From assembly GCA_003228405.1 (NCBI GenBank), contig QIDK01000269.1, positions 2,782 to 26,781 of the forward strand: a DNA stretch of 24,000 nucleotides, written 5' to 3'. Below are positions 1 to 6,909 of the stretch, one piece after another. Position numbers and translations under genes: made by a program. The first letter of the stretch is position 1, and each line of letters begins with the position of its first letter. Under the pieces are notes generated by a model. That model saw nothing but the letters and a program-made list of their open reading frames with translations, did no database searches and was not told the DNA's origin. This DNA comes from Gammaproteobacteria bacterium (GTDB lineage: Bacteria > Pseudomonadota > Gammaproteobacteria > SZUA-229).

Positions 1-108
1 CCAGTATGAGCCATCCGGCGCCGATGTAGCAATCTTAAACGTTTTTGCCTGCACTGATGCAGTGAATAGAAGGCTGATAATAATAGATAGTATTTTGATA
101 GTTTTCAT
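1..108 (-). CDS. TRAP-type transporter periplasmic substrate-binding protein (DctP-like). Only the N-terminal 36 codons are present; the gene continues past the left window edge.
   Basis: Not in the ORF track because the window edge truncates it. The reverse complement of 1..108 starts at ATG (108..106) and reads MKTIKILSIIISLLFTASVQAKTFKIATSAPDGSYW without a stop. That is a Sec signal peptide (VQA|K) followed by a K-I-A-T-x-x-P-x-G-S-type start typical of DctP-family binding proteins. It lies 20 nt downstream of the TatT-like gene and is co-oriented with it. Confidence 0.5.
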   Translation of the reverse strand, partial: MKTIKILSIIISLLFTASVQAKTFKIATSAPDGSYW

Positions 109-128
109 CTTTGTGATATTTGTCATTA

Positions 129-1040
129 TTAAAAATAATCTTCTGCACTGATCTGTAGAGCCCGGGCTTTTTGTATAGCCAGCGTATTGAGCAATATAAA
201 TTCATGCTGCGTTTCACTGGACGCTAAAACATCTGCAACAAGCTGTTTATGTAATTCGCTATTAAAGGTTAAACGTGCATAATATTCTGCGTATAGAACT
301 TTAGCCATCAGATTTTTACCGTCTGTTAGTCTTATGGCCGCTTCAAAGTGCATTTTACCCTGCTCAGGTTTCCCGCCTAAAGTTGCAGGTAATAAACTGT
401 TGAGTACACCCAGGTACATATGTGCACCGGCATTATCCCAGGTTTCATCTTTGCTTATGACGGTTTGCATGATTAATTTAATCTGTGGTAACTGAGCCAG
501 TGCATTCCAGTCATCACTATTTACCTGAAGCCATGATGCCCAGCTTATTCCCAGGCTATAGAGCATGTCTATATCATCTTCATCAACGGACTGCAGGCGG
601 GCAACAAATTCTGCATATTGAATAGTGGTTAAATTACACAGATTATCATCATATAGGCAAATGGCTTTAGCGGCACGGCTTAGGGCTTTCTCACTTAATT
701 TTTTTTGCTGGCGGCTGATGATGTTTCGTTGATAGTTATATTGCTCACCCTCTAATTCAACTGACATTAACTCCTGTTGCGTCGCCAACAGTGCCCCATA
801 GGCATTCATTAGTCTGGAAGATGCGATCAGCAAAGCCTCATCCTCAGGGTCGCTCTCAATTAAGGCGTCCAGTAATACCAGATAAGCAGGCAAAGCCTGG
901 AGTACAGTCTGTGGGTCATTATTCGCCCTGACTACTTTATTCAGGTTCTCCGAGAAAGAGCTAACAGAAAATGAGCAAGCCATTAATAGCAGAGGGATAG
1001 AAATCAATAGCAGGAATATGCTAAGTCTTTGTTTCATCAA
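129..1040 (-). CDS. TatT-like (TRAP-transporter-associated) helical-repeat lipoprotein
   Basis: 303-aa ORF. The N-terminus MMKQRLSIFLLLISIPLLLMAC carries a lipobox (LLMA|C). The remainder looks all-helical and TPR-like, with segments (LPAYLVLLDALIESDPEDEALL, AKVLYAEYYARL) that match my recollection of the TatT family. Adjacency to a DctP-like gene supports the call. The family assignment is from memory, not from a search. Confidence 0.55.
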   Translation of the reverse strand: MMKQRLSIFLLLISIPLLLMACSFSVSSFSENLNKVVRANNDPQTVLQALPAYLVLLDALIESDPEDEALLIASSRLMNAYGALLATQQELMSVELEGEQYNYQRNIISRQQKKLSEKALSRAAKAICLYDDNLCNLTTIQYAEFVARLQSVDEDDIDMLYSLGISWASWLQVNSDDWNALAQLPQIKLIMQTVISKDETWDNAGAHMYLGVLNSLLPATLGGKPEQGKMHFEAAIRLTDGKNLMAKVLYAEYYARLTFNSELHKQLVADVLASSETQHEFILLNTLAIQKARALQISAEDYF

Positions 1041-1327
1041 TATTGAGTCAGTTTTCAGCGTTTTGTGAATGGGCTAATCTGGAATACCGGAATTATACCT
1101 GTATTTTGCAGGCATGTTCTTAAAATTGTGTGTTTAAACGTTGATGTGTCGTCTCCTGCTTACTTTACCCGGTGGTTAAAGGGAATGGGCTCTTGATTCA
1201 GGCACAATTATCCTGCCACAGAGGCGCCGAGAACTCAGGGTAACAACCTGGCGTGGCATGCACCCTGAAGCAACTGCATTTTCTGCGTACTCTGTGTCTC
1301 TGTGGCGGTTTTTGATTTAAACTAGTC

Positions 1328-1355
1328 TTAAGTATTAAGTATTAAGTATTAAGTG
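1328..1355. repeat. Heptanucleotide microsatellite: (TTAAGTA)x3 followed by TTAAGTG
   Basis: Read directly from the sequence: ttaagta ttaagta ttaagta ttaagtg. It is intergenic and lies just after the T-run at 1309..1313. Confidence 0.9.
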
Positions 1356-1418
1356 TCATTTGACGCAGATACTTTTTGAACCTGGTTATTGAGCAAGTAA
1401 AGCAAATGGTCCGGGGTG

Positions 1419-1427
1419 TTATACACA
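1419..1427 (+). promoter_or_regulatory. DnaA-box-like 9-mer TTATACACA (one mismatch to TTATCCACA; identical to E. coli oriC box R2)
   Basis: Direct sequence match in the ORF-free region upstream of priA. Confidence 0.4.
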
Positions 1428-1597
1428 ATCCTTGCAAACAGCTGTATTTATTTGCTTATTTTTTGATCAAATGCGGAATAGTTAATTTAACTCTTTGTTT
1501 CATATAGTTTTTATTGGGAGGTTAAAGAGTGATCAGGTGCTAAAAATGTGCATAAACAAAGGTTTTCAGGACATTATTCCAACTGTTTTCAACAGAC

Positions 1598-1606
1598 TTA
1601 TCCACA
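1598..1606 (+). promoter_or_regulatory. Perfect consensus DnaA box TTATCCACA
   Basis: Direct sequence match (acTTATCCACAgat). Confidence 0.5.
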
Positions 1607-1930
1607 GATTGAGCGAGTGCGTTACATTTCTAACGTTTTCAAGGAGTTAAGAGGCGATTGATAATATAGAACTTTAAGTTTATATGCTAAATTTACTTAT
1701 TTATAGGCCTGATATTATGAAAATATACTCTGGACAGAGCATTGAAGCGAATACTTATGCACATCATGATGGTGATATTTCAATAGTATGACAGAAAGAC
1801 TGTATATATAGCATTTAATCAGTAGCGCACTCGTAACCAACTGAATTATATGAATTTTTTGAGTGGTTAAAATTTAAGCAATTTAGCGGAAGTAACGCTG
1901 GAGCAATGAATTTATATACTTAATGTCATG

Positions 1931-1965
1931 TTTTCCACAGAGTTATCCACAGCTTTTGTGGAAAA
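1931..1965. promoter_or_regulatory. Compact cluster of three DnaA boxes: TTTTCCACA (1931..1939, +), TTATCCACA (1943..1951, +) and TGTGGAAAA (1957..1965, an inverted TTTTCCACA)
   Basis: Direct read of tgTTTTCCACAgagTTATCCACAgctttTGTGGAAAAatc. It holds one perfect and two one-mismatch boxes within 35 bp, two direct and one inverted, 84..118 bp upstream of the likely priA ATG at 2049. Confidence 0.6.
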
Positions 1966-2048
1966 ATCGATATGCTGCCACCTGAGTGCATTTTTTGAAG
2001 TTTATTACAAGTCTCCAATTTGCATCCATTCACTGGCACAATACCCCT

Positions 2049-4268
2049 ATGACCCACCCAATTATCATTCAGATTGCTGTGCCAGTTCCACTGTACGGTC
2101 TTTTTGATTATCTGCTGCCGGCTTCCGCTGAGCATATTCCTGTTAAAGGCTGCCGTGTTCAGGTGTCATTTGGTCGAAAGCAGCTAGTGGGCATGGTTAT
2201 TTCAGTAGGTAGTAACTCCAGCTTTCCACTGTCTAAACTGAAGCCGATTTCCGAGCTTATTGATATTGAGCCGGTTTTACCCGACGACTTAATTAAGCTG
2301 CTGGAATGGGCCGCCAGTTATTACCACCACCCTCTGGGGGATGTTATTTTTAGTGCCCTGCCTAAACAGCTTAGATCAGGGGCCGCAGCAGAGCTGAAAT
2401 GTGAAACCCATTGGGCCTTAACCGAGATGGGTCGGCAGACTGACTCCTGCTCACTAAAGCGGTCACCAAAGCAGGCGGCACTTCTCAGCTATTTGCAGAA
2501 TATGCCTGAAACAGAGCTGACGGCCAGCCAGTTAAATACAAACTGGAATAACTGGCGATCCCCCATGCGTGCACTGGTGGAAAAATCACTACTGGTGGCC
2601 ACAGAAAAAACTCAAACGGCAACCATTTCTGAATATTCACCAAATACCACTCAAAAATCGCCGAAGTTTCAGCTGAACCAACAACAGGCCGATGCAGCTA
2701 ATGACGTCATTCAGGCTCTGGGGCATTACCAGACCTTTTTATTACAGGGCATTACCGGCAGTGGCAAAACAGAAGTGTATCTGCAGGTTATAGAATCTGC
2801 GCTGGCAACAAATTTACAGGTGCTCGTGCTGGTGCCAGAAATCAGTTTAACGCCGCAGCTAACCCGTCGCTTTAGTGAGCGTCTACATGTGCCCATTGCC
2901 AGCCTGCACTCCGGCCTGAATGACACTCAGCGACACAGTGGCTGGGTACAGGCCAGTAAAGGGCTTGCACGGGTGGTAATTGGTACTCGCTCAGCACTTT
3001 TTACGCCTCTGCCCGAGCTGGGTTTAATTATTCTAGATGAAGAACACGATGCATCTTTTAAGCAGCAGGAAGGTTTTCGCTACCATGCAAGAGACCTGGC
3101 ACTGGTACGCGCGAGAAATAAAAATATTCCTGTGTTGTTAGGTTCGGCCACGCCCTGTTTTGAAAGCCTGGAAAATGTATACCGCGATCAATATAGATTG
3201 CTGCAATTAACACGCCGGGGAGCGACTGGAGCACAGCCGCCCAAAGTCAGTTTACTGGATGTGTGCCGTCAGCCAATGGAAGATGGTATATCGGAACTTT
3301 TACTAAAAAAAATAGAAGAGCATCTGCAGAATAAGGGGCAGGTGCTGCTGTTTTTAAACCGGCGGGGTTATGCGCCGTTATTGATGTGTCATGAATGTGG
3401 CTGGACCACGGTCTGTCACCGATGTGATGCGAATCTGACATTGCATCAACATAATAAGCGTTTGCGTTGTCACCATTGTGGCTATGAAAAGGCTGCACCG
3501 GTGCAGTGCCCGCAATGCCAGCATGAAAGTTTAATACTGCCAGGGGCCGGAACGGAGCGTATAGAGCTTGCGCTAACAGAAAAGTTTCCTGCGCTGGTGA
3601 TCAGCCGCATAGATCGAGATACCACCCGCCGCAAAGGTGAGCTGGATAAAAAATTAAATCAGGCAAGAACCGGTGAAGCACAAATTTTAATTGGCACGCA
3701 AATGCTGGCCAAGGGCCATGACTTTCCGAATGTCACGCTGGTGGGCATACTCAATGCAGATCAGGGGCTATTCAGTGCGGATTTCCGTGGCACAGAGCAT
3801 ATGGCACAACAAATTATTCAGGTGTCAGGTCGCGCCGGGCGAGGTGAAAGAGCCGGAGAGGTGATTATTCAAACCCATCACCCCGAGCATCCCTTGCTAC
3901 ACACATTACTTCACACAGGCTATGCAGGCTTTGCAAAACAGGCTTTAGAAGAAAGAAGGCTGGCCAGCTTTCCGCCCTATAGTTATATGGTAATTGTGCG
4001 CTGTGATGCCATACAAAAAGAACACGGTCAGGTATTTTTGCATGAATGCCAGCAGGCATTTACTTACCAGGGTATACAGTTGTTCGGGCCTCTACCGGCA
4101 CCCATGGAGCGCCGCGCCGGGCGCTATCGCTGGCAGCTGATTTTAATATCAGATGAACGTAAAAAATTACACGGCGCTTTGGGGCAATGGGTACCGGCAA
4201 TGAGCAAAATGAAAAGTGCAAATAAAGTTCGCTGGTCGATTGATATTGATCCGCAGGATATGTTTTAG
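2049..4268 (+). CDS. priA: Primosomal replication-restart helicase PriA
   Basis: From ATG 2049 the protein begins MTHPIIIQIAVPVPLYGLFDYLLP, which parallels the E. coli PriA N-terminus. It has Walker A GITGSGKTEVY, the DEEH box (ILDEEHD) and the PriA-specific Cys-rich zinc region CHECGWTTVCHRCDANLTLHQHNKRLRCHHCGYEKAAPVQCPQCQ. The track ORF starts at GTG 1986, but those extra 21 residues have no PriA counterpart. Confidence 0.95.
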   Translation: MTHPIIIQIAVPVPLYGLFDYLLPASAEHIPVKGCRVQVSFGRKQLVGMVISVGSNSSFPLSKLKPISELIDIEPVLPDDLIKLLEWAASYYHHPLGDVIFSALPKQLRSGAAAELKCETHWALTEMGRQTDSCSLKRSPKQAALLSYLQNMPETELTASQLNTNWNNWRSPMRALVEKSLLVATEKTQTATISEYSPNTTQKSPKFQLNQQQADAANDVIQALGHYQTFLLQGITGSGKTEVYLQVIESALATNLQVLVLVPEISLTPQLTRRFSERLHVPIASLHSGLNDTQRHSGWVQASKGLARVVIGTRSALFTPLPELGLIILDEEHDASFKQQEGFRYHARDLALVRARNKNIPVLLGSATPCFESLENVYRDQYRLLQLTRRGATGAQPPKVSLLDVCRQPMEDGISELLLKKIEEHLQNKGQVLLFLNRRGYAPLLMCHECGWTTVCHRCDANLTLHQHNKRLRCHHCGYEKAAPVQCPQCQHESLILPGAGTERIELALTEKFPALVISRIDRDTTRRKGELDKKLNQARTGEAQILIGTQMLAKGHDFPNVTLVGILNADQGLFSADFRGTEHMAQQIIQVSGRAGRGERAGEVIIQTHHPEHPLLHTLLHTGYAGFAKQALEERRLASFPPYSYMVIVRCDAIQKEHGQVFLHECQQAFTYQGIQLFGPLPAPMERRAGRYRWQLILISDERKKLHGALGQWVPAMSKMKSANKVRWSIDIDPQDMF

Positions 4269-4665
4269 TTAAAGCCATTTTGTCCCTGAGCTAATCCCTC
4301 GAAATTCACTGAAAGTCAAAAGCATTTTTACCGCAAATAAACGTAAATCACGCTAATTTATGTTTGTACGCCAGTTTTGTACAGGGCAGGCAAGCACCCT
4401 AATTTTATGCCCGGTACAATTTTCAGGGCGCTCAGCGCCTTTAATATATAACGTTTGTTATTTGCATATTTTGCGTTTTTTGCTGTAAAAATGTGTTTAT
4501 CTCTGGATTTTAAAATACCAGCAATTCATTAAAACCACGAAATAGTTCACCTGGGCAGAAATATAAAAAATAAACTGTAAGGAATTGCTGTCAGTGGCGA
4601 CTACCTGTTGTGTCTACTCAAAAACTCAGTTACATGCGTAGTTTACTTTAACCCGGGAGAAAAAT

Positions 4666-4971
4666 ATGAACTCATTCACAATTACAAAAAAACTTGCTGT
4701 GGCTACTGCAGCCGCATTTATATTAAGTGTCAGCAGTGGCATTGTAGCGGCGACTAATATCAATCCGTTTGGAATGACTGATCTGAGTCAGTCCTATCAG
4801 CTTGCCGGAAAAGAAGGTAAATGCGGTGAAGGTAAATGTGGTGGTAGCAAGCCTGACGCATCAAAGGGCAAAAGTGGTGAAGGCAAGTGTGGTGGCGGTA
4901 AAGATAAAGCAACAAAGGAAAATGCAGATAAAGCCAGTTCAAAAGGGTCAGTCAGTAAGTGCGGGGGTTAA
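4666..4971 (+). CDS. hvfA: Secreted Cys-repeat peptide, HvfA/bufferin-type RiPP metallophore precursor-like (GKCG repeats)
   Basis: 101 aa with a Sec signal peptide (..SSGIVAA|TN) and then NPFGMTDLSQSYQL. The core is Gly/Lys-rich with four Cys, each in a K-C-G context: KEGKCGEGKCGGSK, SGEGKCGGGK and SVSKCGG at the C-terminus. A good Shine-Dalgarno (gggaga) lies 8 nt upstream. The EGKCG repeat pattern is the hallmark of the HvfA family as I recall it. Confidence 0.7.
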   Translation: MNSFTITKKLAVATAAAFILSVSSGIVAATNINPFGMTDLSQSYQLAGKEGKCGEGKCGGSKPDASKGKSGEGKCGGGKDKATKENADKASSKGSVSKCGG

Positions 4972-5083
4972 TATATAGCCGCTAAAAATATATATACCTA
5001 TATAAACCGGCGACAACAATAATCCTTTCATATTTGTCTGCTAACGACTACCTTATTAGTAACTTCTATTGTAGAGCAGATGA

Positions 5084-5688
5084 ATGGGCAAAAATTCAGT
5101 TCGCCATAAGCATGATAAAGGACAGCCACAGGAAGGCATTGCCAGTCAGCTGGGTAGCATGCGTGAAGAAATGCTGCGTTTTGCCACACTTCAGCTACGC
5201 GATACCATTGTGGCTGAAGATGTCGTCCATGAAGCCATTAATGCCGCCCTGGTGCCCGATCGTTATTCAGGGAAGGGCAGCCTGAAAAGCTGGGTGTTTG
5301 CCATATTACGGAATAAGATTATTGATGTTATTCGTGAACGCAGTCGTCATCCGACTGAGCAGTTTACTGAAGACGATGGAAGTGATCTGAATGAGCCGTT
5401 TAATCAGAAAGGCGCCTGGAAACAGACCCAGAAACCGCTAACTGGGGACATCCAGAAGCATTTCTGGCGAATGAACAGTTCTGGATTATTTTTGAGATTT
5501 GCATTAATAAGCTACCGCAGAATACGGCACAGGTATTTATGATGCGCGAGCACCTTGGGCTTGAACTTAAGGAAATATGTAACGAGCTTAATCTTAGTGA
5601 GAGTAATGCCTGGGTCATTATGCATCGGGCACGGGCGCAATTGCGCAAATGTCTGGAAAAGAATTTTATTCATGGAGCACAGTTATAA
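5084..5688 (+). pseudogene. ECF-type sigma-70 family RNA polymerase sigma factor, interrupted by a frameshift (apparent 1-nt deletion or 2-nt insertion near 5437..5445)
   Basis: The frame starting at 5084 encodes region 2 (EDVVHEAINAAL, SLKSWVFAILRNKIIDVIRE) and then runs into nonsense (..GDIQKHFWRMNSSGLFLRFALISYRRIRHRYL*). The frame open from 5404 reads ..NWGHPEAFLANEQFWIIFEICINKLPQNTAQVFMMREHLGLELKEICNELNLSESNAWVIMHRARAQLRKCLEKNFIHGAQL* (stop 5686..5688). That is a clean region 4 with its helix-turn-helix. Both frames are open across 5404..5542. Confidence 0.8.
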
Positions 5689-5861
5689 TGATGAATTGTA
5701 AGCATGCGAGCCAGTTAATTTCCCGCTCACAGGATCAAAAACTAACACTAAAAGAGCGCATTTATTTAAAGTTTCATTTAGTCATGTGTTCCGGTTGCAC
5801 TAACTATAGAAAACAGATGGAATATATTCGTAAGGCAATGCAGCAGCTTAGAGAGTGGTGA
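5688..5861 (+). CDS. Small zinc-binding (ZAS, zf-HC2) anti-sigma factor
   Basis: Its ATG overlaps the sigma stop codon (TAATG at 5686..5690). The 57-aa product is MMNCKHASQLISRSQDQKLTLKERIYLKFHLVMCSGCTNYRKQMEYIRKAMQQLREW. It carries the H-x3-C-x2-C ZAS motif (HLVMCSGC) plus an N-terminal Cys/His, and has no TM segment. The track ORF start at 5649 lies inside the sigma reading frame and is less likely. Confidence 0.7.
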   Translation: MMNCKHASQLISRSQDQKLTLKERIYLKFHLVMCSGCTNYRKQMEYIRKAMQQLREW

Positions 5862-5868
5862 TATTTAT

Positions 5869-6316
5869 ATGTCTGATCTGCAACGAAAATTTAAAGCCTA
5901 TTATTTTACCGCCGTTTTCAGCATGATATTTGCGGTAACAGGTTTTAGTTACAACGCCTGGCGCATGGAGGTTAGCGAAGCTAACAATAATATACGCACG
6001 GCTTCATAATATACGCACGGCTTCATTCGAAGTTTTAACTGAACTGGCTGAATTGCAACAGCTTATTTATGCAGCACATTATGATCAGGATATGGTTGCA
6101 GGCAATCCCCGCACAGGCTGGGTTAAGGTTGGGCTTATTGTCGATCTTAGTGCGCTCATTAGTGAGCCGGTGTCAGCAAAGGCATTACAGTTAAAGAAAA
6201 CATGGGCCGCTAACTGGGGCAATATGCAGAGCAGCAGGCAGGCCACTGATTTACTTGTAAATGGGATTGATGCGGTGCGGGTGGAAATAAAACAGTCACT
6301 AAAAAATCTTGAATAA
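5869..6316 (+). pseudogene. Single-pass membrane protein of unknown function, disrupted by a 19-bp tandem duplication
   Basis: ATG 5869 gives MSDLQRKFKAYYFTAVFSMIFAVTGFSYNAWRMEVSEANNNIRTAS and then a stop at 6007..6009, inside the second repeat copy. Removing one 19-bp copy joins it in frame to FEVLTELAELQQLIYAAHYDQDMV...KQSLKNLE*, which is the track ORF 6053..6316. The restored protein is about 142 aa with one N-terminal TM helix. Confidence 0.7.
5987..6024. repeat. Perfect 19-bp direct tandem duplication (ATAATATACGCACGGCTTC x2)
   Basis: Positions 5987..6005 and 6006..6024 are identical. The match continues 2 nt further (AT) after each copy. Confidence 0.95.
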
Positions 6317-6333
6317 ACAAATAATATAAAAAT

Positions 6334-6909
6334 ATGATTGATTATTTACTAAACCTGTCAACCCAACCAGCATGGATATTTCTAGCCATCATACTATCTT
6401 CCTATCTACTGGAAGACGTGGCGATTATTTCAGCCGCGGTTATGGCGGCCGATCAGATGATTTCCGTGCAGCTGGCTGTTTACGCAATTCTTATCGGTAT
6501 TATCAGTGGCGATATCGGTCTGTATTTACTGGGTTACCTGTTGAAAAAACATTCTGTATTTCAACAGTGGTTAGTGAAGAAAAATCGTCAGCAACATTAT
6601 GCGACCCTGTTTGGGCATAATCTGATTAAAAATATTCTGCTAATTCGCTTTGTGCCAGGTTTGCGCTTTGTTTGCTACACATCCTGTGGCCTGTTCAGGG
6701 CACATTTTGGACAGTTTATTATAGCTGTGACTGTTGCGGGAGTTATCTGGGTGTTTGCTGTGTTTACTCTGATATACCAGTTAGGAAGCAGTATATGGTT
6801 AGAGCATAGCGACTGGAAATGGATATTGATTCCTGTGGTGCTAATGCTGTTAGTCGGTACTAATCGACAAATCATGCGGCGTATACAACTGCAGGAAAAA
6901 CAAATATGA
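6334..6909 (+). CDS. DedA / VTT (SNARE-associated) family inner-membrane protein
   Basis: 191 aa and polytopic. It has the DedA-type segments LLEDVAIISAAVMAA and LIRFVPGLRFVCYTSCG (an R-x-x-P-x-x-R...G motif). Its stop overlaps the next gene's start (ATGA at 6906..6909). Confidence 0.7.
   Translation: MIDYLLNLSTQPAWIFLAIILSSYLLEDVAIISAAVMAADQMISVQLAVYAILIGIISGDIGLYLLGYLLKKHSVFQQWLVKKNRQQHYATLFGHNLIKNILLIRFVPGLRFVCYTSCGLFRAHFGQFIIAVTVAGVIWVFAVFTLIYQLGSSIWLEHSDWKWILIPVVLMLLVGTNRQIMRRIQLQEKQI

Noticed and set aside
35-217. 60-aa minus-strand ORF overlapping the junction of the TatT-like and DctP-like genes.
   Set aside because: It is out of frame with two better-supported genes that occupy the same DNA, and its sequence is low-complexity and implausible.
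1165-1225. Cobalamin-riboswitch-like string (ggtggttaaagggaat ... ctgccacag).
   Set aside because: There is only a superficial resemblance to the AAnAGGGAA and B12-box (GCCACTG) elements. The conserved GGTG..AA.TCC and CCCGC.ACTGT segments are missing, and no B12-related gene lies downstream.
1717-1791. 24-codon mini-ORF (MKIYSGQSIEANTYAHHDGDISIV) in the ORF-free region.
   Set aside because: It has no Shine-Dalgarno sequence and no recognisable motif or leader-peptide logic. An ORF of this length is expected by chance in AT-rich DNA.
1041-2048. Chromosomal replication origin (oriC), suggested by five DnaA boxes and an AT-rich stretch.
   Set aside because: The boxes are spread over more than 500 bp rather than forming a compact origin. 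I see few GATC sites and no clear 13-mer DUE repeats. None of the usual origin-flanking genes (dnaA, dnaN, rpmH, mnmG/gidA, mioC) is present. A DnaA-regulated promoter or a DARS/datA-like site fits better. Only genome-wide GC-skew could settle it.
1986-2048. N-terminal extension of priA from the GTG at 1986 (the ORF-track start).
   Set aside because: PriA homologues begin essentially at the ..VPVPL.. segment. The extra 21 residues (MHFLKFITSLQFASIHWHNTP) have no counterpart and would overlap the DnaA-box and promoter region. ATG 2049 is preferred.
2726-4278. Several antisense ORFs inside priA (2726..2926, 3247..3498, 3865..4059, 4060..4278). Similar nested ORFs occur inside other genes, for example 6372..6620, 7276..7488, 8192..8383, 12916..13158, 14403..14686, 14896..15198, 16242..16439, 17278..17487, 19879..20193, 21279..21566 and 23037..23333.
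   Set aside because: These are shadow ORFs within strongly supported genes. They show no start-site signals or recognisable domains, and their compositions are typical of antisense or off-frame translation.
4575-4620. ECF-type promoter (GGAAC..N16-17..GTCT-like) upstream of the peptide gene (ggaatt ... tgtcta). A second candidate lies upstream of the sigma gene (gacaac-N17-tgtct near 5010..5040).
   Set aside because: Spacing for the first candidate is about 26 nt, which is too long. The second has a poor -35 element. Neither can be supported without the consensus for this ECF group or transcription start site data.
5034-5285. 83-aa plus-strand ORF overlapping the start of the ECF sigma gene.
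   Set aside because: It is in an alternative frame of the region-2 coding sequence, has no motifs, and is Cys/Trp-rich like a typical off-frame product.
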